Made by a program: the position numbers and the translations under genes
The notes under the pieces: model-generated
What the model saw: only the letters and a program-made list of their open reading frames with translations
Told to the model about the DNA's origin: nothing
The model's database searches: none
In this document: positions 37,164-46,674 of the stretch, one piece after another
How positions within the stretch are numbered: position 1 is the stretch's first letter
How the letters are laid out: each line of letters opens with the position of its first letter
Source: Spirochaetota bacterium
GTDB lineage: Bacteria; Spirochaetota; JAHITG01; JAFGFC01
DNA length: 59,495 nt
NCBI GenBank assembly: GCA_016931325.1
Contig: JAFGFC010000090.1
Span: 1 to 59,495 of the forward strand
Direction of reading: 5' to 3'

Positions 37164-40094
37164 TTATTCCGGTTCCCGGTCTTCCCTTTTTTGTTCAAAA
37201 GAAACATCCAGTTTTCCGGTTGATATAAAATTAATGTCTTTTATGATCAACTTGTCTTGAGGGGTAATCGTTTCTTCTTCTGATTTTTTGTAGATAATAA
37301 TTTTATCCTTACAGGTTCTATCGCCAAAAAGTTTTAAAGCCAGTTGTTCCCGTGTTGTCTCTTTTTCAACTGTAAAATAGGGTATCGAGATATTCTGCTT
37401 GGGGAAGATGAGATCTATATCACTCAATTTGTTATATGATCCAACGGCTGTGGCATAGTCCCTGATGGTCTCCCACTCATAGGGGATCTTTAATAATCTG
37501 GCCACGATATGTGAAAGATTGTCACCATTGTAAACATAATAGATAACGACGTTTTCTCCTTCTATCTTTTTTTCAACCAAGGGAGCGGAAAGTACTTTTA
37601 AAAAGGCGGCCCTGATCCTTCCTGTCTGTTGATTGGTCAAAATGATCATACCCTGAACATCACCGTTAACAGGCACATAAACATTGGAAAAACCCGTCTC
37701 GTTTTCGAATTGATCCAGTTGACCTGTTGTCTCCCAGAAACATTCAACGAGGCGAATATAATTTCCCTTTTTATCATACCCCCCTGATAGAAGCTTCAGG
37801 GTCTCTTCGTAAGGCAGAACAATATTTGTGACAATCCTCCTGTCCTCCGGTCGTAATACTTTCAATGTAACTATCTCTTCTGATAAAACAGTAATAGAGA
37901 ATTCCTTTTTTATTATCTCATTAGAAAAACTTAAAACGGCCTGAGGGATAATTTTATCAATTGTAAAACTGGTTTCTTCGCTGTTTTCATCCAGGATATA
38001 GTTTGTTCCTTCAAAAGAAAGAGTCCATCTTCCTCTGGCAGGACCAATCAAGTTTTTCTTTGAATCCAGTCCGCTGGCTGATATGATAACCGGTGTATTC
38101 ACGTAAAGAGTAAAGCTTGATACAACAACCGACTGGTGATCCTTTAAAAAGACTATATCAGACATGGCACCGGGCGTTATATTGATCGGCACCAGAGATG
38201 AAAACTCTCGCAGAGTACTATTTTGTGTATATTGTGTTTGGATCTTTAAATGGCCCCGGCCAACACTCTGAGGTATAAATTCCAGCATGGTGGAATTGGA
38301 AAGAGAAATGATCTGACCTTTCACATTCTCCGGTTTTCCTGTAAAAGGTATCTTTTTGATCTGATTATAATATCGATCCACCAAAAAAGCATAAAAGCGA
38401 AAAGACTCATCACTGGTGATGTTGATTTCATTCACCACGTTCTGTTTGCTGAAAGAGGGACTTGAGGAAGCCACGATCATGAAAGGATCACCGGTCAATA
38501 CCTTTAATACTGTATTTTTTTGGGCCATGATCCTCTGGTGAGATAGATCTATTTTTCCTGATAACGGGGCATTGGTAAAAAACAGGTCTATTTTTCTGGC
38601 ACTATTGATACTGGTCTGGGGAAAATCACCGGTCAGTTTCCAATCAGCCGCTGTCAGTTCAACATATCCGTCACTGGCATCAAATCCGGCCGCATAGACG
38701 GGCAATTTCTCTCCTGCTTTTATTTGTATCAATTTTAACGGTTTGCCCTTCCCGGACGGTTCTTTAACGATGGCAATAAATTTAACTTTTCCGGGTTTAA
38801 CCCTGATCGTTCCCGTATCATCACCAATGATCCCATCTTTTGTTATCTCTATCCTGCCTTCCCTTTCCGCTTTGGTAGGTTTAAAAATAAATTTTACTGT
38901 ATCGAATTTTTTTATCCTTTCCAGATCATCTTTGGTCTCCCATTCCACTTTAACATCACTGACATAATTATCTTTGGCATCATAACCGGCCGAATAAAAC
39001 ACAAGAGTGTCATCCGTTGTGGTATTGACAGAATATACTTCGTTCCCTTTCCCGTCAGGAGCATCTTCTATCCTGACATAGTGGATTTGGCCCGCTCTGA
39101 TATCAGTATTGGATATAATAGCGACAGGTCCGTTTTTTGATGCGGCTATTATCCTGCCTTTTACCCTGGCCCTGGCGGGAGAAAAATTGAGCACCTGTGA
39201 ATTCCTGACATCGATCTTGCGTAACTCACCAGACGAGCTCCAGTCTGCGGCAACATCACCTACATACACATCATTTTTATCAAACCCGGCCGCATAGAGC
39301 CTCAGGGTCTGGTCCGTTGTCATTTTTATGAACGTGACCTCTTCTCCCGTAAAATCCGGCCCATCCATTATTTTAATATAGCTCAGACGCCCCGGTTTGA
39401 CCGTGATCTTTCCTGTTTCGCCGGGGATCAGTCCTTTGAGTGTCGCTTTCATGGTTCCTTCGGTATCAAAGGTAGAGGGTGTATAATTTAACACAGTTGA
39501 ATATTTATCTTTATCAGGAGAATCTAACGTGCCCGTGGATTCCCACTTCACTTCTATCGGCCCTACAAAATTCCCCTTACCGTCAAATCCGACGGCATAC
39601 AATTTTAAAACATCGTCAGTGGTTATCTCCCGATCACTGATGACCTTGCCTTTGGCATCAGGCTTATCAACTATTTTAATGCGTATTTTTATGCAATCAT
39701 AGCTCAGTGTCAGGTAATGTCTGGCTTTTTCATGCCTCGGATTAACTAAAAGAGTACGTTTAAAATAAGGGATCGCCTTTTCACATTCATCATTTTTATA
39801 TCGTCGTAATCCCTGATAAAAATTGGTTTCCATCTCCTGATACTTGTCATAAGCCTTCTCAAAATACATTCGGGCCCGTTTATGTGATGGTTCCCGATCA
39901 AGGACTTTTTTCCACATTTCGGCGGCATTCTTAAAATCACGTGAAATATAGAAATTAACACCTTCAAGAAAGTATGTTTCGATAATATTCGAATTCTTTG
40001 TATTGGATTGTACCTGACAGAGTAAGAAATCAGGAAAAATTGAAAAGAATAGAATAATGGTAAAAATTATAAAATATTTTCTATTTTGTTTCAT
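37164..40094 (-). CDS. Exported protein with TPRs, about seven Ig-like repeats and C-terminal LysM domain(s)
   Basis: Signal; TPR AAEMWKKVLDREPSH and AIPYFKRTLLVNPRH; about 100-aa repeats TTD..L..Y..G(F/Y)D...N....W; YYVYNGDNLSHI..DLIFPKQNISIP. Confidence 0.7.
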   Translation of the reverse strand: MKQNRKYFIIFTIILFFSIFPDFLLCQVQSNTKNSNIIETYFLEGVNFYISRDFKNAAEMWKKVLDREPSHKRARMYFEKAYDKYQEMETNFYQGLRRYKNDECEKAIPYFKRTLLVNPRHEKARHYLTLSYDCIKIRIKIVDKPDAKGKVISDREITTDDVLKLYAVGFDGKGNFVGPIEVKWESTGTLDSPDKDKYSTVLNYTPSTFDTEGTMKATLKGLIPGETGKITVKPGRLSYIKIMDGPDFTGEEVTFIKMTTDQTLRLYAAGFDKNDVYVGDVAADWSSSGELRKIDVRNSQVLNFSPARARVKGRIIAASKNGPVAIISNTDIRAGQIHYVRIEDAPDGKGNEVYSVNTTTDDTLVFYSAGYDAKDNYVSDVKVEWETKDDLERIKKFDTVKFIFKPTKAEREGRIEITKDGIIGDDTGTIRVKPGKVKFIAIVKEPSGKGKPLKLIQIKAGEKLPVYAAGFDASDGYVELTAADWKLTGDFPQTSINSARKIDLFFTNAPLSGKIDLSHQRIMAQKNTVLKVLTGDPFMIVASSSPSFSKQNVVNEINITSDESFRFYAFLVDRYYNQIKKIPFTGKPENVKGQIISLSNSTMLEFIPQSVGRGHLKIQTQYTQNSTLREFSSLVPINITPGAMSDIVFLKDHQSVVVSSFTLYVNTPVIISASGLDSKKNLIGPARGRWTLSFEGTNYILDENSEETSFTIDKIIPQAVLSFSNEIIKKEFSITVLSEEIVTLKVLRPEDRRIVTNIVLPYEETLKLLSGGYDKKGNYIRLVECFWETTGQLDQFENETGFSNVYVPVNGDVQGMIILTNQQTGRIRAAFLKVLSAPLVEKKIEGENVVIYYVYNGDNLSHIVARLLKIPYEWETIRDYATAVGSYNKLSDIDLIFPKQNISIPYFTVEKETTREQLALKLFGDRTCKDKIIIYKKSEEETITPQDKLIIKDINFISTGKLDVSFEQKREDREPE

Positions 40095-40191
40095 TATTTC
40101 AGGAACAAAAATATGCCTTTTTATAAATCTTCGGCATTTTACCCTGATACATTTAATTTAATATATATTTTTTAATTTTCTATTATTTTTT

Positions 40192-41403
40192 TCAAAGATC
40201 TTGATTTGAAACCCTTAATATGGCGTAAGGTTCAAGGTCTTCAGGGGTCTTTAAATAAAACCTATCGCTGATCTTGGCTTCCTTTACTATTTGAAATCCT
40301 TTATCCAGAATAACAAATTCATCAAGATCGATGTTCTTCATATTGGGAAGGATCGATTCCAGCTTGTCATCTTTTTTAAGAGAATTCTTAAAGCAGACGC
40401 TGTAAATTTCATGCCCTATTTTCTCTTTAATATATCCCACAAATCTATATTGCCTTTTATAGGTTTTTTCCGCACAGAGGCTTTGATGGTCATATCCGAA
40501 ATAAAAACCCTTGAAAAAAGTCCTGTGACTGACAGCATCAAGTTCCCTCTTCCAGAATGACAGTTTCTTTTTCTGTTTATTATAGTGAGCATCAATAGCA
40601 TCACGATACACCCGGGTCACATTAGCCACATAGTACAGGCTTTTCATTCTTCCCTCGATCTTGAAAGCATCGATCCCTGCCTCTATCATCTTCGGAATAT
40701 CTTCGATCATACAGAGGTCTTTTGAAGACAATATCAAACTACCTCTGGGATCTTCCTCAACAGGCAGATATTCATCCCTTCTTTTCTTCTCCTGAAGGAC
40801 ATATTCCCAGCGGCAGGGATGCGAACAATCCCCCCGGTTAGCGCTACGGGAGGTAAAATATTCACTTAAAAGACATCGTCCTGAATAGGAAACACACATG
40901 GCTCCATGAATAAAAGTCTCTAAACTCATTTTGGTTTTCTTTTTGATATACGATATTTCTTTGAGTGTCAATTCTCTGGCCGGTATGATCCTTTTTATCC
41001 CCAGGGATCGATACAGCTCAGCAGCCTGATAATTGGTGATATTGGTCTGAGTGCTGGCTGTGAGATGAAATTTATCCTTAAAATACTGATGGATAACGGT
41101 TACAATGCCAAAGTCAGATATGATCAAATTTTTTACACCGATCTCCAGCAACGTCCCCAGATATGTCTTCAATTCCCTGAAATCAGAATTCCTGAAATAA
41201 ATATTTAACGTGAGATAAACATTTTTTTTTAATCGTTTTGAGAGATCTATGATCCTGGCGATCTCGGAAAAAGTAAGGTTGCCGGCTCTGGATCGCAGAT
41301 TGAACTTTTTTCCCCCTAAATAGACGCTATCAGCCCCGTATAAAAAGGCCGTTTTGGCTTTTTCAAGGTTTCCACCCGGAGAAATTAATTCTACCTTTTT
41401 CAT
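40192..41403 (-). CDS. Peptidase U32 family protein (TrhP/YegQ-like Fe-S tRNA hydroxylation protein)
   Basis: ELISPGG, GADSVYLG, PAREL, ETFIHGAMCVSYSGRCLLS, NRGDCSHPCRW, FKIEGRMK. Confidence 0.88.
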   Translation of the reverse strand: MKKVELISPGGNLEKAKTAFLYGADSVYLGGKKFNLRSRAGNLTFSEIARIIDLSKRLKKNVYLTLNIYFRNSDFRELKTYLGTLLEIGVKNLIISDFGIVTVIHQYFKDKFHLTASTQTNITNYQAAELYRSLGIKRIIPARELTLKEISYIKKKTKMSLETFIHGAMCVSYSGRCLLSEYFTSRSANRGDCSHPCRWEYVLQEKKRRDEYLPVEEDPRGSLILSSKDLCMIEDIPKMIEAGIDAFKIEGRMKSLYYVANVTRVYRDAIDAHYNKQKKKLSFWKRELDAVSHRTFFKGFYFGYDHQSLCAEKTYKRQYRFVGYIKEKIGHEIYSVCFKNSLKKDDKLESILPNMKNIDLDEFVILDKGFQIVKEAKISDRFYLKTPEDLEPYAILRVSNQDL

Positions 41404-41473
41404 ATCCTGTTAATCTTAAAAATATTAATATCATCAAACATGGATCATGCTTTGTCAATTTGAAGGGCTACTG

Positions 41474-42394
41474 TTATTGTATCTGGTTAATATCCTCATG
41501 GGATTGGATATTAATAACCCTGACCTGTCGTTCGATCTTTTTCATAAAACCTGCCAATACCTTTCCCGGCCCCAGTTCATAAAAGCTTTTAATTCTCTTA
41601 TTGAGCATCTCCTGCATTGAATTTTTCCAGAGCACGGGGGAAACCACCTGTTTGACCATCAGTTCTTTTATCCTGGCAGGGTCAGTCTCCAGGCTGGCGG
41701 TCACGTTCATGATAACAGGTATTTCGGGTTCTTTTAGTTCGACACCTTCCAGGGCCTTACCCAATATTTTATCGGCTGGTTTCATAAGAGGACTGTGGAA
41801 AGCCCCGCTCACTTTTAAAATAATAGCGCGAAGCGCGCCCTTTTCTTCTAATACCCTGACCGCCTCCTCGACCCCTTTTTGAGTTCCTGATATTACCAGT
41901 TGTCCTGGAGAATTATAATTAACAGGGACAACGATCTCACCCTTATCTGTGATCTGCCGGCATACTTCTTCTACTATATCATCTTCCAGGCCCAGAACAG
42001 CTGCCATGGTTCCCGGATTTTTCATTCCGGCTTCAGCCATGGCTTCTCCTCTTATCCTGACAAGATCCAATCCTGTTTGAAAATCGAAACACCCTGAAGC
42101 ATAGAGGGCAGAATACTCCCCCAGACTGAATCCGGCTACGACATCAGCCTTAATTCCCTTTTCCCTTTTTATCAGGTCATTGACGATAACACAGAGCACA
42201 TAGATACTGCTCTGTGTATATTTTGTCTGCTTTAACTCTTCCTCCGGGCCTTCAAAACATATCTTTTTTAAATTCGGTATTAATTGGTCTGCCTGATCAA
42301 AGTATTCTCTGGCCAAAGAATATTTATCATACAGGTCCTTCCCCATTCCTACGTACTGTGAACCCTGACCGGCAAACAGAAAAGCGGTATTCAT
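41474..42394 (-). CDS. fabD: Malonyl-CoA:ACP transacylase
   Basis: FAGQGSQYVGMG, AGFSLGEY, NYNSPGQLVISG, VSGAFHS, ELGPGKVL. Confidence 0.95.
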   Translation of the reverse strand: MNTAFLFAGQGSQYVGMGKDLYDKYSLAREYFDQADQLIPNLKKICFEGPEEELKQTKYTQSSIYVLCVIVNDLIKREKGIKADVVAGFSLGEYSALYASGCFDFQTGLDLVRIRGEAMAEAGMKNPGTMAAVLGLEDDIVEEVCRQITDKGEIVVPVNYNSPGQLVISGTQKGVEEAVRVLEEKGALRAIILKVSGAFHSPLMKPADKILGKALEGVELKEPEIPVIMNVTASLETDPARIKELMVKQVVSPVLWKNSMQEMLNKRIKSFYELGPGKVLAGFMKKIERQVRVINIQSHEDINQIQ

Positions 42395-42407
42395 TCATCA
42401 TCCTCCT

Positions 42408-43400
42408 TTACCATCTGATCAAAGCCGAAGCCCAGGTAAATCCTCCCCCAAAAGCAACAAAAAGAATAATATCCCCTTTTTTCACCTTCCCCTCCTGGAC
42501 CGCTTCAGCGATGGCCACGGCGATCGTGGCCGCTGAAGTATTGCCATATCGATTGACATTGATATATACTTTGTCATCAGGCAATTCAAGTCTTTTCTGA
42601 ACAGCCTGGATGATACGCAAGTTCGCCTGATGCGGGACAAGTAAAGAAACATCCTTTTTCGTCATTCCGGCTTTCTCCAGCACTTTTTCCGCAGATAAAG
42701 ACATCTGCGTTACGGCCACTTTAAAAGTTTCGTTTCCTTTCATTTTAATGTAATGAAGTCTTTTATCAATGGTTGCTTTGGAAACCGGATTAAGAGATCC
42801 CCCACCGGGGAGATATAACAGGTCCTTATAAGCCCCGTCACCACCCAGATAGGCAGCGATAATCTCACTTTTTGATTGTGATTCCCTGATAACAGCCGCG
42901 CCGGCCGCATCACCAAACAGAACACAGGTATTCCTGTCTTCCCAATCAGTGATCCGGCTTAATATTTCTGAAGCCACGATCAGTATATTCTTATATTCAC
43001 CGGTACGAATGAACTGATTGGCCATGGAGATGGCATAAATATATCCACTGCAGGCCGCTTCAATATCCACAACGCCGGCTTTACAGGCTCCTATAATGTT
43101 CTGAATAAGAGCGGATGTGGCTGGAAAGGGCATATCAGGTGTAATCGTAGCGGTAATAATGAGATCCAGCTCATCCGCTTTTATACCTGCTGCTTTTAAG
43201 GCTTGTTTGGCGGCTTTCGCGCCAATAACGGAAGTTGTTTCCTCTCTGGCAGCGATCCTTCTCTCTTTTATACCTGTCCTCGTCGTGATCCATTCATCAC
43301 TGGTATCAACTATTTTTTCCAGATCCTTGTTGGTTAACACTTTTTTGGGCACGTAATAACCCGTCCCGGCAATATAAGCGTGTTTTAAATGTTGGACCAT
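42408..43400 (-). CDS. fabH: 3-oxoacyl-ACP synthase III
   Basis: DTSDEWITTRTGI, AACSG, LFGDAAGA, PHQANLRII, YGNTSAA, FGGGFTW; GAGGAGG SD supports start 43400. Confidence 0.96.
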   Translation of the reverse strand: MVQHLKHAYIAGTGYYVPKKVLTNKDLEKIVDTSDEWITTRTGIKERRIAAREETTSVIGAKAAKQALKAAGIKADELDLIITATITPDMPFPATSALIQNIIGACKAGVVDIEAACSGYIYAISMANQFIRTGEYKNILIVASEILSRITDWEDRNTCVLFGDAAGAAVIRESQSKSEIIAAYLGGDGAYKDLLYLPGGGSLNPVSKATIDKRLHYIKMKGNETFKVAVTQMSLSAEKVLEKAGMTKKDVSLLVPHQANLRIIQAVQKRLELPDDKVYINVNRYGNTSAATIAVAIAEAVQEGKVKKGDIILFVAFGGGFTWASALIRW

Positions 43401-43428
43401 TATTATCCTCCTCAAAAATTAAGGATTA

Positions 43429-43457
43429 ATTATAAGGAATTTCATTCTTCAAGTCAA
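43429..43457 (-). promoter_or_regulatory. sigma70 promoter of fabH-fabD
   Basis: Minus strand TTGACT-17nt-TATAAT. Confidence 0.6.
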
Positions 43458-43499
43458 TAAAAAATTATGAATTTGTCGATTTGTTAAAAGAATAGTCCA

Positions 43500-43897
43500 G
43501 TGTCCTGTAAAACCAGAGTTCTCGACCCGACTCATCCCCAGGAATTGCATGGCAATTCCAGGCCCTGTGAAATTTTTCTTTGAAAAATTTCCAGGACTTA
43601 ATCCTTGGAATCGTTTTACGATTCCTAAGGGCAATTTTCACGGGGCTTCCTGCTCATGATCAAATCTTTACCATCCCTGGTAGATTTGATCCGATCCGTC
43701 CCCAGGAATTGCGTGGCAATTCCAGGCCCTGTGAAATTTTTCTTTTAAAAATTTCCAGGATCAAGTTCCGGAAATCGCTATGCGATTTCTCGGGAGACTT
43801 TACCCCGGAAAATCTTCGATTTTCACGGGGCTTCCTGCTCATGATCAAATCTTTACCATCCCTGGTAGATTTGATCCGATCCGCTTCCTGCGGATCG
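43500..43897. repeat. Mosaic palindromic repeat cluster A (REP/BIME-like)
   Basis: Direct repeats 43535-43596 / 43699-43760 (62 bp, 2 mismatches) and 43634-43698 / 43819-43883 (65 bp, identical); about nine stacked hairpins. Confidence 0.85.
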
Positions 43898-43906
43898 AAA
43901 AAAGTG

Positions 43907-43934
43907 TTGACTTTTAAAATTAATAAATTATATT
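43907..43934 (+). promoter_or_regulatory. sigma70-type promoter of the ABC ATPase-gltX unit
   Basis: TTGACT-16nt-TATATT, then GAGGAGG SD. Confidence 0.55.
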
Positions 43935-43971
43935 GACTTCCGTCTTATAAAATAAAACGAGGAGGATAATA

Positions 43972-45075
43972 ATGGCCAGAGTATTTCTTAAAAACATTAA
44001 AAAAATATACCCCAATGGCACTCAGGCTGTTTCAGAGGCTAATTTAGAAGTCAAAGATAAAGAGTTTGTGGTTCTGGTCGGTCCTTCCGGATGTGGAAAA
44101 TCAACGACCTTGAGAATGATCGCCGGATTAGAAGATATTACTGACGGTGAACTATATATAGGCGAAAAATTTGTTAACGATATCCCTCCTAAAGACAGAG
44201 ATATTGCTATGGTTTTTCAGAATTATGCCCTTTATCCTCATATGACCGTATATGACAATATTGCCTTTGGCCTGAAACTGAGAAAATATCCAAAAAATGT
44301 CATTAAAGAAAGGGTGGAAGAAGCGGCCAATATTCTTGGTATACAAAAATTATTATTCAACAAACCAAAAGAACTGTCCGGTGGACAAAAACAGAGGGTG
44401 GCTGTCGGCCGCGCTATTGTTCGTAAACCCCAGGTTTTTCTATTTGATGAACCTTTATCAAACCTTGATGCCAAATTACGCGTTGATATGCGTGCCGAGC
44501 TATCTAAATTACATACACGCCTTCAAACGACCATGATCTATGTTACTCATGACCAGACAGAAGCCATGACCATGGGGGAAAGGATCGTTGTCATGAAGGA
44601 TGGATATATACAGCAGATCGATACACCCCTTGAACTTTACCATAAACCGGACAACAAGTTCGTAGCCGGTTTTATAGGTTCTCCTCCCATGAATTTCCTC
44701 CAAATGGAAGTGTTACAGGAAAAAAATGATATCTGGCTGGACGAAGGCAGTTTTCGACTGAAAATCCCTAAAGATTATAAAGACATAGTCAAACCTTACA
44801 TTAATAAAAAAATTTTTATAGGGATCCGACCCGAACATATTTATGATAAACTTTTATACAAAGAATCAGCTCCTGAAACAACCGTCAAGTTGACCGTTGA
44901 AGTGGTGGAACCGCTAGGTTCAGAGATCCTCATTTATACATCGAGCGCCAAGAATCAGATCACAGCGAAAGTGGACACCCGAACCGAGGTTCACGTCAAT
45001 GAAGATATAGAAATGGTTTTTGATATGAGCAAGATCCACCTCTTTGATACAGAAACTGAAAAAGCGATCCTTTGA
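43972..45075 (+). CDS. MalK/MsmX/UgpC-type sugar ABC transporter ATPase
   Basis: GPSGCGKST, MVFQNYALYPHM, LSGGQKQR, FLFDEPLSNLDAKLR, YVTHDQ, FIGSPPMN, TOBE GIRPE. Confidence 0.93.
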   Translation: MARVFLKNIKKIYPNGTQAVSEANLEVKDKEFVVLVGPSGCGKSTTLRMIAGLEDITDGELYIGEKFVNDIPPKDRDIAMVFQNYALYPHMTVYDNIAFGLKLRKYPKNVIKERVEEAANILGIQKLLFNKPKELSGGQKQRVAVGRAIVRKPQVFLFDEPLSNLDAKLRVDMRAELSKLHTRLQTTMIYVTHDQTEAMTMGERIVVMKDGYIQQIDTPLELYHKPDNKFVAGFIGSPPMNFLQMEVLQEKNDIWLDEGSFRLKIPKDYKDIVKPYINKKIFIGIRPEHIYDKLLYKESAPETTVKLTVEVVEPLGSEILIYTSSAKNQITAKVDTRTEVHVNEDIEMVFDMSKIHLFDTETEKAIL

Positions 45076-45085
45076 TTATATTTAA

Positions 45086-46573
45086 ATGAGCCATATCCGG
45101 ACAAGATTTGCTCCTTCACCTACCGGTCATCTGCATATTGGCGGTGTACGTACCGCCCTTTATAATTGGTTGCTTTCCAGAAAGAACAAGGGAAAATTCA
45201 TTCTCCGTATAGAAGATACTGACCTTGAAAGATCGACAGAAGAATCTGTCAGGGCCATTCTGGATGGGATGAAATGGCTGGGTTTATTATGGGACGAGGG
45301 TCCTGAAATCGGAGGTCCTTTTGGACCTTACAAACAATCCGAACGTCTGATGATCTATCAATCCTTTATCGATCAGTTGCTGAAAGAAAATAAAGCCTAC
45401 AAATGTTATTGCTCGCAGGATGAAATCAATAAAAAAAAGGTAAAGGCTAAAAAAGCCAAAATACCCTATCAATATGACAGAACCTGCCGGCATCTGACTC
45501 CCCCTGAATTAGAAAAAAGAAAAAAAGACTCTTTTACCATCAGGTTAAAAATGGATTGGGATGAAGAGATCATATTCAATGATCTTGTCAGAGGAGAGGT
45601 TAAATTCCATACATCTCAATTCGACGATTTTATAATAGTAAAAAGTGACGGTTATCCTGTTTATAACTTTGCTGTTGTCATAGATGATGTCACCATGAAG
45701 ATCGATCATGTTATACGGGGAGATGACCATATATCGAACACTCCCCGCCAGATCCTTATCTATAAAGCCCTGGGGCTATCTCTGCCGGAATTCGCCCATC
45801 TACCCATGATACTGGGTGAGGACAAATCCAGATTGAGTAAAAGGCACGGAGCCACATCGGTCCAGCAATTCCGGGAGATGGGCTATCTGCCTGATGCCCT
45901 GATCAATTATCTGGCCCGTCTCGGCTGGTCATATGATGATTCCCAGGAGATATTCTCCAGAGAAGAACTGGTCCATAAATTTTCCCTGGAAAAGGTAAGT
46001 AAAAATTCAGCTGTTTTTAACTTTGATAAATTAAACTGGTTGAATAATTATTATATTCAACATCTGCCCCTGCAAGAAAAAGTCAGACTTTGCCTGCCCT
46101 TTCTCATTAAATCAAAATTGCTGACAGAAAAACAGGCTGATCAAAATCAAGATGTTTTAGAAAAGATCATTGATCTTTTAGGCCCTCGTATTATCCTGTT
46201 ATCCGATATCATACATCTTGGTGATTTCTTTTTCAAAAACCGGGTCGAGTTTACAAAAGAAGCCCTGGACAGGATCATTTTGAAATTTAATTGCTCATCA
46301 CTGTATGCTCAAATCTTGCAGTCATTGCCATCGATTATATCCTGGACCAAAGAAGAGATCATAAAAACATTCGAAGAACTTTCAAACCGGATGGATATTA
46401 AAAAGAAAGATTTTTTTCAAACGATACGGGTTGCCTTAACCGGCAGCCTCACTTCTCCTGACCTGATCGGGATTATGCTTATTCTAGGAAAAGAAAAGAC
46501 GATCTCGAGATTTCAGCAAGCCATTAATGCTATTGATAAAAATAATCTAAGGCCCAAAAATCCGACCGGGTAA
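45086..46573 (+). CDS. gltX: Glutamate--tRNA ligase
   Basis: RFAPSPTGHLHIGG, LRIEDTD, QSER, YKCYCS, HVIRGDDH, RLSKRHG. Confidence 0.96.
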   Translation: MSHIRTRFAPSPTGHLHIGGVRTALYNWLLSRKNKGKFILRIEDTDLERSTEESVRAILDGMKWLGLLWDEGPEIGGPFGPYKQSERLMIYQSFIDQLLKENKAYKCYCSQDEINKKKVKAKKAKIPYQYDRTCRHLTPPELEKRKKDSFTIRLKMDWDEEIIFNDLVRGEVKFHTSQFDDFIIVKSDGYPVYNFAVVIDDVTMKIDHVIRGDDHISNTPRQILIYKALGLSLPEFAHLPMILGEDKSRLSKRHGATSVQQFREMGYLPDALINYLARLGWSYDDSQEIFSREELVHKFSLEKVSKNSAVFNFDKLNWLNNYYIQHLPLQEKVRLCLPFLIKSKLLTEKQADQNQDVLEKIIDLLGPRIILLSDIIHLGDFFFKNRVEFTKEALDRIILKFNCSSLYAQILQSLPSIISWTKEEIIKTFEELSNRMDIKKKDFFQTIRVALTGSLTSPDLIGIMLILGKEKTISRFQQAINAIDKNNLRPKNPTG

Positions 46574-46674
46574 TACACGTTATCATCAAATTCTGAAATA
46601 ATAGTAATTGATGCTGCAAATAAAAATATATATATTTATAAATTAACTCTATTGCAAAGGGGTGAAGTTATTAA

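Noticed and set aside
43500-43897. CRISPR array
   Set aside because: Only two super-units of 164 and 185 bp; the intervening sequences are themselves palindromes, not unique spacers; no cas genes in the window
43449-43936. Short ORFs over cluster A, and 56508-56867 over cluster B, sharing FQGLSPGNF
   Set aside because: The peptide similarity is a by-product of the DNA repeat; ORFs occur on both strands and lack SD sites
46574-46674. tRNA after gltX
   Set aside because: AT-rich with no cloverleaf or GTTC T-loop
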